From Octopus vulgaris (Eukaryota): DNA of 64,000 nucleotides. Below, one piece after another: positions 23,701 to 35,700 of the stretch. The stretch is taken from NCBI GenBank assembly GCA_951406725.2, contig OX597823.1, positions 44,268,001 to 44,332,000 of the forward strand, written 5' to 3'. The notes below the pieces were generated by a model that saw only the letters and a list, made by a program, of their open reading frames with translations, ran no database searches and was not told the origin of the DNA. A program made the translations under genes and the position numbers. How positions within the stretch are numbered: position 1 is the stretch's first letter; each line of letters starts with the position of its first letter.

Positions 23701-26700
23701 TCCATGCAGGTGGCACGTAAAATGCACCAATCCGACCGTGGCCGATGCCAGCCTCGCCTGGCACCAGTGCAGGTGGCACGTAAAAAGCACCCACTACACT
23801 CACGGAGTGGTTGGCATTAGGAAGGGCATCCAGCTGTAGAAACATTGCCAGATAAGACCGGAGCCTGGTGCAGCCTTCTGGCTTCCCAGATCCCCGGTCG
23901 AACCGTCCAACCCGTGCTAGCATGGAGAACGGACGTTAAACGATGATGATGATGTCGTTGTCACTGATCTCACTGCATTGCATACTGAACAAGTATCTCA
24001 GGTTGACCAATACCTGCTGAGTGGAATTTAGTAGGTGGAGACTGTGCAAAAGCTCTTCATGTATGTATATATGTACACACATACACATATCTGATTGGCT
24101 CCCATGCCGGTGGCATGTAAAAAGCACCATTCAAGCATGGTCAATGCCAGCACTGCCCGACTGGCTCCCATGCTGGTGGCATGTAAAAAGCACCCACTAC
24201 ACTCCCCGAGTGTTTGGCGTTAGGAAGGGCATCCAGCTGTAGAATCTTTGCCAGATCGGATTGGAGCCTGATGCAGCCTCCTGGCTTGCCAGCCCTCAGT
24301 CAAACCATCCAACACATACCAGCATGGAAAGCAGATGTTAAACGACAATGATGATGACGACACCTATACATGTATGTCTTTATGTTTGGGTGTGGGTGTA
24401 TGCATATATGTATGTGTGAGTATGCATGAATGTTGTGCATATGTATGTGTTAAATGTCACTGAGTCTACATTTATGTTTATATATATTACATAAGAATCT
24501 TTTGCAGTTGCAAAATAGACTGGAAATTACCTTGACTGAATTTTCACTGGCAATATATTGAATATTGAATGGACCTGTGATTTCAAATCTTTTGGCAATT
24601 TTGGCAGTCGATTCTCGGATCTGGAAATGAAAAATTGAAACAAAAGAATATAATTTTTAAAAATGCAAAACAATAACATGAAATCAAAATATAAACAAGA
24701 TAGCAACAAACTGGCTGTACACAATATTCATAAAAAGACATGAAAAGCACCAAGAAATGAGGTTAATGGAAAATTTAATAAAAGGCACTGATCACTTATT
24801 TAAATAATGGAAAGGTGTATATTCTTATTTCCAAGGTTTCCAACATCAGAAATGACAACAGAAGGGTTAAATGTGGTGAATAATGAAAAAAGTATTAGGC
24901 ATGAGCTAAAATTAATTTTTGGATGAGCAAGCAAGAGTGGTAACTTCAAACATGTTTGATTTATTAAGTCTTCATCAGTGAAAGTACAGTCATATGTGAG
25001 CATATCTCCTGAAGTCCCTTGCCAGCCTCAATTTGATGACTATGCTTTCACGAGACACAAATCTACTACTAATTAGGTCACCTATGTAACAGGGACTATC
25101 AACTAATTCAATAAAATCTTCCTTGCATTTGAAAAAATTTATTTCATAATGGAGTGCAGGGTTTTTACCAACACCTTTTCTACATATTGCACATAGCCGT
25201 TTTACAGACAGCAGTAGACCCCTAACTAAAATGTTTGTCTTTGCTTAGTTTACTTTGAAGCCTCTCAATTCAAGGCTTTGCTCCACCTTTGGGAATTTCT
25301 TCAACAGATTCATTCACCTGCCAGAATTAGGTCATCAGCACACAGGAGTTCCCATAAACGGCCAGTCTTGAACGCTTCTAACATGGCATGGAGAATTATA
25401 ATAAATGAAAGGAAGTTGAGAAATGAGCCCTGATGGACATCTACCGACATGCTAAGTTCTTTTTTGACTCACTACCAATACTCACCTTACTAACAGCATC
25501 AGCACTTAGTTTCCTAAGTGATGATCAGACTACAGAGCATAGTACTCCATCAAAAGTTTTCTTGAAATCATCAAATGCTAAGTATAAGGGCTTACTCTTA
25601 GCTAAGAACTCTGTTCTGCAGTTGTCTCACTAGGAAGAAGTACCTTCTTCTTGTACAAACCCTAACTGCATCCCATATAAGTTCCTAATCAGTTATGCTA
25701 TAACTCTTTCTATTACTTTCATTATTGAATATGCTTTTCTTCATAACACTGACACTAGTGAGGTTGCTAAGTAACTAGCAAGGCAGGAAAATAAGATAAC
25801 GTCCCCTTGACAGAATGAGAGTGCATTTGAGAGAGGGGGAGGTGGCTTTATATCGCGAAGGCCAGGTGTCTTGCTATGGATGAGATGCATGGCTACTTCA
25901 CATTAAATAGATGTGTGTGTGTCTGCACATGTAACTATTTAGGTTGCTATATATATATACGTGTGTGTACGTTTATGCTACTTAAAGTTTCATAGGCTTG
26001 CCCATTGAACCTTACACTTCAGGCCCAGAAATCTGAATGGAAATGATCGAAGATGACTTTTGGATATCAGGCTGCTATTGATCAACACAAGTCACATGGT
26101 GTTACTGACTTAGTAGCATTGACATACAAGTGATAGCAATTTTAAACTGAATTTCTAGGACCCATGGTTGGACAGGATGTTGATGGTGACTGCTTATCTA
26201 GGAAGTAGAAGCGACAGCAGATCATTGTTGAGCATGTGTGTATGTGCATGTATGTACCTGATATGTTAGTGTATCTGGTGAGGACAGAAAGTTTTTAATG
26301 CACAACTTAGAAAGTTATAATGTCTTCATGGTATAACAAAGGAAAGAAGGAAAAATCTATCAAGGTAGTTAACTAGGTAGGCTGAAAGCTTGTTATGATG
26401 GCTGGGGTGTACCTCGCTCCTACATTAGAAATGAACTTCCACTAATTTTGATCAAATCAACCAATGCAGTCATAGAACTACAAAGCCATGAACTCAAGTA
26501 CATTATAGGCAATCCTTGATCATGGTATTGCTTTTTACCACTCATCATCAACACAACAACCAAGAAAAACTTAATAGTAAATAACACCCTAAAGAAATAG
26601 AATTGTGAAGACACCAAGGTTAAAGAAATCTCATAACCTAAGATGAGATAACTCAGGTACTTACATTTTTCAGAACTTCTTTTGAAATGCTTTGTGTGGG

Positions 26701-29700
26701 TAGAATGAGGGTAGCATCACCACTATGGACTCCAGCATTTTCAACATGTTCGCAGATTGCATGGCTAACAACCTGGAGTGAAAGGTGAAAAGTTGTAAGT
26801 GAGAGACAGAAAGAGAGAGGGATGTGTGTGTATGAAGAGGGATAAGAGGGTGCATAAAAAATAGGAGACATAAAAAAGTAAAAATATCAAAGTGAGGAAA
26901 TGAAAGAAATAGGATAGAAAGAAAGAGAACAGAGAAAAGGTGGGGAGGAAAGAAACTAGGCAAAAAAGAAAAAAGAAAAGGAAAAGATAGAAAAAACGAA
27001 AAAGAAAAGGTAACATTTATTGATAAAGAGACTGGATAGAAGAAAGATATGTTAGAAAGAAGAAAGAAAAAGGAAAAAAAGTGAAAAAAAAATGAGAAAG
27101 AAAAAGAAAAAATGAAAACAATAAAGAAACATCAAATTGGAAAGAAGCAAGAAGCACAAAGCAAAGATGAAAAGAAAGAAAAAAAGAAACAAAGAGAGAA
27201 AAAGAAAAGTAAGAAAAAGGGAGGTAAGAAGGGAAAAAGAAAGAAAAACAGTTTTGAGAGAGTAACTAAAGAGTTGTTTTAAATGGGAGGCGGGAGAGAC
27301 GAAAATGAAAGAGAGAATCCAAATTATATTTACATGACCATGGTCAGCTACAGCATCCATTTCAATCTCCTTAGCTCCTTCAATAAACTTTGTGATGACC
27401 ACTGGATACTCCTTTGACACTTGAGTTGCCTGTTGTAGGTATGTCTCTAACTCCTCTGGTTCATAAGCTACATTCATGGCTGAACCACTCAGTATGTAAG
27501 ACGGACGTAATAGACATGGGTAACCGACGCTGGCGGCAAAATCCAGTGCCTCATCCTGTGTTTTTGTATTGATTTTGTTTTGTATGATAGGAGTATTTGA
27601 AGGATGGTGTACATTGTGCAGGAGTTTGTAGTGTGTGTGTGTGTGTGTACAGATGAGTTTGTTGTATTTTATTGTGGTGGTAAGTAATGTAATATTTGTT
27701 TTTGAAGAAAAATAAAAAGAACAAACATCATAAATAAATATCTGTATATGCATTCAAACATATATATATATATAGTCATCATCATTATCATCATTTAACA
27801 TTCACTTTCCATGCTGGCATGGGTTGGACAGTTTGACAGAGAACTGGAGAGCTGCAGGGCTCTATCAGGCTCTAATGTCATCTTTGGTTTGGTTTCTATG
27901 GTTGAATGCCCTTCTTAATGCCAACCACTTTACAGAGTGCATTGGGTGCGTTTTACATGCCACCAGCACTAGTGAGGTTGACATGAAAATTAATAGGGAA
28001 AAAGAAAATGGAAAAAGCTATTACAAAGAGGAAGAATTTGGGAGGGGAAGATAGAGGATTGTACGCAGAATTCAAAAATAATGTCAAATTATCTGCATTA
28101 CCCACAGTTTCTCTGTTCCGTGATATTCCTCTAAGTTCTTGTTATGTGGGTTAAATTTCAGTTAAGCTGTTGAAATGTGAAGTTAATGGTTTAAGAAATA
28201 CCCCTAATTAAAATTTTTATGAACAGAATTAACCTAGTGAAATCATAAATCCAGTTGAGTTAATGAGTCCCAAAAATATATGAAATGAAAAATATGTAAA
28301 AATACTAATACACAGAAGCAAAGAAAAATATCTAATATACTAACAGAGAACAATTAAAACAAAACACGCGGGTGAAAAGAATCTCATGGTGTGAAGAATC
28401 AAGTGTGAAAAATCAACATAGACAACAGCAGCGAACCACAACACAGTGTGCGGTTGTCATGGTAACTAGCTACTAATGCCACGCTGTCTGTTAATTGGCT
28501 AAAATTACTCAAATTTCCCAACTTTAATTCCAAGTAACACCAGATTCTTTAATTTACAAGATAGAGTAATTAGTTGATTGTAATCAAAATTCAGAGTTGC
28601 ATCGATTCACCAAAATTGAAAGCAATCTGAGCAAAATTAAGAGGGTGGGGGCTCATTTTGCGAATGAGAAAGACTAGATCCAAAATTTGATTTGTACAGA
28701 ACTAATTTTTTTTAATCATATATATATATATATTTGCCAGAGCAACAAGCTGGCCTCTGTGCTGATGGCATGTAGAAAAGCACCATTCAAGCATGATCGC
28801 TACCTATGTAGCCTTAATGGCACTTGTGCTGGTGGCACATAAAAAAACATTCGAACGAGGTCATTGCCAGTGCCACTGGACTGGCTCCTGTGCATGTGGC
28901 ACATAAAAAGCACCATTGAGCGTGGCTGCTGCAAGTACCACCTGACTGGCCCTTGTGCCAGTGGCACGTAAAAGCACCCACTACACTCTCGGAGTGGTTG
29001 GCATTAGGAAGGGCATCCAACTGTAGAAACTCTGCCAGATCAGGTTGGAGTCTGGTGCAGCCATCTGGTTCGCCAGACCTCAGTCAAATCGTCCAACCCA
29101 TGCTAGCATGGAAAGCAGACGTTAAAAGATGATGATGATGATGATATATTATTTAAAAATTAAAAATGATAAGTGTAAAGAAAAGGAAAAGAAAGAAAAC
29201 TTACCAATGAGCTGAGGGATCGCCATTCTGGTTGGTCTACATTCAATTCATCAAGGATAGCAGAGAAAACAGATCGATTCTCAGCATTGTCTATCATCAA
29301 AGGGCTTGTACCAAATATATGCACATTATGATTGTAGAGTGGCAGGGCAAGGTTATTAGGGACTTGACCACCAACAGAAACAATGATGCCGTTACAGTTC
29401 TAAAAGCAAGATGTAAAAAGGAAAATATACAATGGAGATAATGTACATAAGATGTCCTGTATGTGGTCATGTGTCCTTATTAGTCTGTTTGTATCTATTT
29501 GTATGTTTGTGCGTATGTACATGTTCATGTGTATTTATATGTATAGCATGTGTGAGTGTGCACGTGCATATATATATATATATGTCGAGGCTAGACACAT
29601 TTTTTTCTCTCTTTGCCCCAGGGCATTTATCTAATGTCGAAAAGACACCTGTCTGTGACGTCCTGTTTTTGCTATCATTATAATCATTATTGTTTTTACG

Positions 29701-32700
29701 TATTTTTGTATTCTTATTCGTGTTATCATTATTGTTTTTACATATTTTTGTATTCTTATTCTTTCCCGTCCTTGTTTTGTATACATTCGAGGCTTTCTTC
29801 CAAGGAATCTAATGCGCTTGGCTTAGATTTTCCTTTGGGGCTGGCCAGGTCGGAGTAATCTGAAGATTAATCAGCCGAAATTGCGAGGATGATCCAGTTC
29901 TTGACTGAAGATTGAAGGCTTTGAATGTCCCGTCCGTGTTTTTTGTATCGTCTTCTAAATGTTTTGCGTTCTTGTCCCAGTTTGTATTTTTTTACATATA
30001 CATATATATAAATCCCAAATTAGGGAATGGAGTAGAGTATACCTTCAATGGACTGCTCGAAGCTTACTATTTCCCTACACCTTGATCTTTGGATCTCACC
30101 TTTACTTATATATATATAAATATAGTAGCTGTAATACCCGTTGTTGATTGGGTAATTATTTTTACTGTTTTGTGAACCAAGAAGCTAGAAAAATGGGTAT
30201 ATCATATAGAAGAATAGCTCTACGGAATCCAGTTGACTGCAATGGCAGTGGAAAGGCTGCAGGTGAAGTGGAACATCACTGTTCATATAAAAAAAAGCAT
30301 TGCACGTCATGCGTTTGGTTGGTGTTCATTTTTGACGGCCTTTTTTTAGAAGACATTTTTTGATTAGGAATATCAGTAATAGTGAAATGAAGTTACAAAT
30401 GCTATGTCAGTGCACAATTAGTATTGTACCATTACATAATTTCTGTTGAGACATATTAGGCAATAGCATCATAGGAGATATAGAAAAAGCACTGCACGCC
30501 ATGCATTTGTTTGGTGTTGTGTGTATATAGAGGGTCTTTTTTTAGTAGACATCTTTTTTTATTAGGAATATAAGTAAGTAATAGTCAAATGAAATTACAA
30601 ATTCTGTGTCCTGTCAGTGTTAGGGCTGAAATTCCGACGCCATATTACAAGAATAGAAGGCAAGACAACAGTAAGTAACAGTCCAATGAAATTACAAATT
30701 CTGTGACCTGTCAGTCAGATTTAAGTTTACTTGACCTCTGTGTGTGTATTATATAAGAGCAAAACGTAATAATTGAAGTAGAAAAAAGATGGATTTCATA
30801 TATTCACTTCTGTTTGTTCTTCAAGTTGCAATCCAGCAACTTTTAGTGTTTGGCCCTGACTTTTATTAATGCTCATGGCAAAAGAAGTGGGATAGGAAAC
30901 TGTAAGGGCTTAAATTTGAATGGGACATTAGATGGTATAACTGGTATGCAAGGAACGAAGATGGTGTCACATCTACCACAACCAGTGAGAATATTTGCCT
31001 CAGTGCAGTTCATCATAAGTTTGTGCATAATTAGTGTTGCTTCCCTTGAACCATTTACTTTCATATTATGGGACAAACAAACACACAAATGGACAGAATC
31101 TCTGCTTGTTTTTATGTTCAGTTATAATAAAAAAAATTTTACATTAATCTGATTGGTTACTCTATACTTTTGTAGAGTACAAATTTATTATCCGTATACG
31201 AGAATGTATGTGTGTGCGTGTAGAAATAGCCAAATAGTAAAGACTAAGTAGATCTACTCACCTCATGTTGGTAAATATCAAGTACACGTTCAAGAGAGAG
31301 CTCTTCAAAATACAATTTGTCACATTCATCAAAGTCAGTACTTACAGTCTCAGGGTTATGGTTGACGACAATCTAGAAAAGAAAAACAATAGCAAGCTAT
31401 TGAGAGAAAGAGAGAAAGGGGGAGAGAGAGGGAGAAGGGTAGAGACAGAGTGAGAGCGAATGCAATGAATATTGAGTATTGAAATTGTATGATGTTAATG
31501 ATGTTTTGTAAGAACAAGACAAACTTTCCAAGGATGAAGAAATAGAAACACATAGGGAATGTGTAGGATTGAAAATGCAGTCCTGGTAACCATGAGCAAA
31601 ACAAAGTTAATGAAAAAAAATTCACAAATTATAGGTGCAGGAGTGGTTGTGTGGTAAGTAGCTTGCTTACCAACCACATGGTTCCGGGTTCATTCCCACT
31701 GCGTGGTACCTTGGACAAGTGTCTTCTACTATAGCCTTAGGCCGACCAAAGCCTTGTTAGTGGATTTGGTAGAAGGAAACTGAAAGAAGCCCATTGTATA
31801 TATACTCTTTTACTTGTTTCAGTCATTTGACAGTGGCCATGCTGGAGCACTGCCTTTTAAAACCTAATGGCAGACGAAATACCGCTAAGCATTTTGCCTG
31901 GTGTGCTGACAATTCTGCCAGCTTGTCGTCTTATGTATATGCATATATGTTTGTGTGTCTGTGTTTGTCCCCACAACATCGCTTGACAACCGATGATGGT
32001 GTGTTTATGTTCCCATAACTTAGCGGTTCGGCAAAAGCGAACAATAGAATAAGTACTAGGCTTACAAAGAATAAGTCCTGGGGTCGATTTGCTTGACTAA
32101 AGGCGGTGCTCCAGCATGACCACAGTCAAATGACTGAAACAAGTAAAAGAGTAAATTCTTCAATTTAGAAGAAAGTAATATTTTCATGTATATACAACAT
32201 AACATAATGATGCATTTTTTCTCATCAAAATCTAAGCATTAGCGCAGAAACTGAATATGAATTCAGCAGGGTTTATTACATTAATCTGATTTACACAATG
32301 CTGTGCTGTTTTAATATTGATAGTGATGATAAATGTAAACTCAGTAGAAGCTTAAAACCTGATAATATTTAACAGAGAAAAATATTATGTGAAATATGAA
32401 TCTGTACTCTGTTATATTTTTATTTAACAGCAGTGCCACAGCATGGCTGCAGTTCTCAAGGTGAAACTAGTTAAAGAATTAATCAGACATAACACCACAG
32501 AGTAATAAAGAAGATAAAGTAAGACAGAGCTGAAGGCAATTCTCTTTACTGTCACTGAACATTTTTTTCTTTCCTTGCACCAAAGTGAAATGACAATGAT
32601 ATAGATAATAATAATGGTTATGATCAAAATGATAATAATGATGATGATGATTAAATATAATGCTAACAGTGATTTTGCATCACTAATGACAGTAATTAAG

Positions 32701-35700
32701 GAAATGACAACAATTTGTCTATAGATTAAACAAAAACCATCATACATACGGTGCTGCGGTTAGCTTCTTTGAGGGACCGGATAGCAGATACTGCACACCA
32801 GTCAAATTCTACGCTGCTGCCAATATGATATGGACCACATCCAAGAATCATTGTTCCAAGATCTCCAAATTGAAGATCATGTTCCTACAAAAAGAAAATA
32901 TTGAAAATAACACCAATAACATGCTATCCATTGTTATGCAATTGTGCTGTCATGGATGGTGTTGGATGAGGTGGTAGTGGTGGAAATGATAAAGTTAAAG
33001 GTCACACTTTTGGCCTTTCAAAGCCAAACAAATGGCTCTCATTTTTCACTCTTGCAACCTTATGTTCTTCATAATTGCAAGTCTAGCTATTAAGACAAAG
33101 CAGTAGTAACAGAATCTTGAGGCTAATTATATACACATAACACAACATTTATTTTCTCTATAACAATGATAAACAACAGACAGCATGCAACCTTTCAGCT
33201 GTACATTCGTATCTTAACCCAGAGACAAAGAAACATCTGCTTTCATTAAGTGTAGAATGTGTCTATAGGAATAGAATACATTAAAATAAACTGAAATCAA
33301 TTATAAGTTTCACTGCAAATCATGTGACAATCATTTATAATTATACAAGCATACTTAGACTTATTGCAATTTGGCTTCAACTCTGACAACACTCACTACA
33401 AATATTTTAGACACAACAAATTACAAGATGATGTTAGTCATGATGTAGATGGTGTGATGATCTTCATAGAGGTGGCAACAGAAGGGATTTATAGGCAATA
33501 GTAGGGATTTCTTGCTGTTACAATTGGGTAGTGCTAACCAGGTCTGTTTGAGCAAACCTATACCACAGATGAAGCAGATCAAATAATGTACTTAATAGGC
33601 ATTTATAGCCATGAGCTCCCATCCACTCGTTATAGTAAGGGAATAATCATTTGGATTTATCACTTAAAATATTTAGTTTCTATTTAAAGATACAAATATA
33701 TTTGTTGAGACATCATGTTTCATTGTTACAATAAACACATCATATGACTATATACAAACTACGCCACTGGTGGTTGTTGTTTAGCCCCGGGTCAGTCATA
33801 GTTGAAGAGATGTATGATCAGAGTTATTCTAGCTATGACTGCCCAAGTCTTCACTTGAGTATTGAGACACCTGTCCAAAGTACCATATGGCACTTTGAAC
33901 AAATGTCTTCTTCATTTTGATTTGACCAAAGCTTTGTGGAAGTCTATCAGAGATTTTGACCATGTTCTTCGGTGGCAGATTTAATCCATTACTTGGTTTA
34001 ATAATACCAATAGTCAGCCTTGGGTACCTTTAGCAGAATCTGATTCTGCTGCATGTACTCAGGCCTGTTATTTCTAGCAGGTGAAAAAAAGATGGTGCAG
34101 TTTGTTGCTGTATTTGACATAGACAACTGATAAATATTTTGTTGGACTGAAGTGAAGTGCTGATTTCAAATCTTCCCAGGAACAGAAAGTATGTGTGTGT
34201 ACCAGAGAGGTGTAATATTTCACAACTTACCATTCCATTGTAAGAACAATACAGATAGTTGGTTTTTGCAGGGTATTCAGCTGCCATTGTATCAATCTGG
34301 TGAAATAAAAGGAATACTGAGGTTAATCAAAGATACCTGCAGAATGTAACTGAATTTTGATGTAATCCTCTTCCTCCTGTCTCTTTTTTTTCTTTTCATA
34401 TACAGTTGCATTATATGTATGTGTGTGTGTGTGTGTGTATGTATGTCAGGTCAGGAGTGCTACTGGTAATACGGAATCTAGTACAAACTACTGCATGGTT
34501 GGGTTGTCGGTGACTAGACCAGTATCAGGTCAGGAGTGCTACTGGTAATTTGGAATCTAGTACAAACTACTGCATGGTTGGGTTGTCGGTGACTAGACCA
34601 GTATCCCCACTAGGCTTGCCTGGTGAGAAGGGTTGCTAGAAACCCAGCAGGGCTAAAAACAAGATCTGTCAAAAGGATAAATGAACCTAGTGTATGTTCA
34701 ATGACTATCAGTAACACTGGCCCTCAGAAATTCTGATTTGGTGTCCGGCATGGATGACTACTAGGAGTGAGGCACCCCTTAGATTTTGTTAAAGCATGTC
34801 TCTAGGAGAAGTTCATTCTGATATAAAACCAGATATACAGGGAATGGCATTGAACATTTTGGGCATCTTTTGCTTGTACTTGAAACCATAGTGCTCACGC
34901 ATTTCTGAAGTGTGATCCATATTGATACTGAATATCTTGTACTGGCTTGTTTCTGGATCATGTCCATTGTGTATAGAGGAATTGTGAGGTGCTGTACAAG
35001 CTTTATTGGACCTAAAATTCTAGGTTGTGCAATAGCCAGTGAGATGGCTTCCAATGCATGGTTGAATAGAAGGGTGCTGCAGTAAGCACTGAAGCCACAG
35101 AGATAACCCAGGTGAAGATGACCACAGGTGAAACAACCTAATACATGGGCAGTGCTGGCATTTTGCACAGACAATGGTCAGTGATATGATGATCTTCTTC
35201 AGTCATGAGTGGACAGCCATCACCATCATGATCATGTATGTATATATATATGCACACACACAAATCAGTATATGTAAATATATATGCTAATGTAAACACA
35301 TAAATCTACCTTTCAAGAAAGACACAAGGAAAAGTAAAAATGTAAATTCTGAACAGCAGTTTGCAGAGAAATCAGAACCACTGGTTCAATTCAGAACCAA
35401 TGGTTAAAAACATACCTGTTTAACCCAGGGTATTATATTTTTCTTGATTCGCAGCCCTCGAGCTTCATCTTCATTGATTCCCCACACATTTCCAACTTGC
35501 TTATCAGAAAAACCAGCTTGTTTTGCCAGCCTCAGCATTTCTTCATCAATAGTATCCCTAGAAAAACAAAATAACTGATATTAAAGAGATACATAAAAAA
35601 TGCCTGTCTAAACCATCATCTTTTTATGATTTCCTATGCTTGCTTGAGTTGGACAAATTTTCTCCAATACAGTGTCTTTCCACTTATAGTAGTGTTTTTT

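Noticed and set aside
23540-23800. CRISPR-like repeat/spacer appearance
   Set aside because: Inter-repeat segments are homologous to each other, context is eukaryotic retroposon, no cas genes.
27052-27753. 233-aa ORF, longest in the track
   Set aside because: Only 27334-27555 is CPS exon; the rest is read-through into low-complexity intron.
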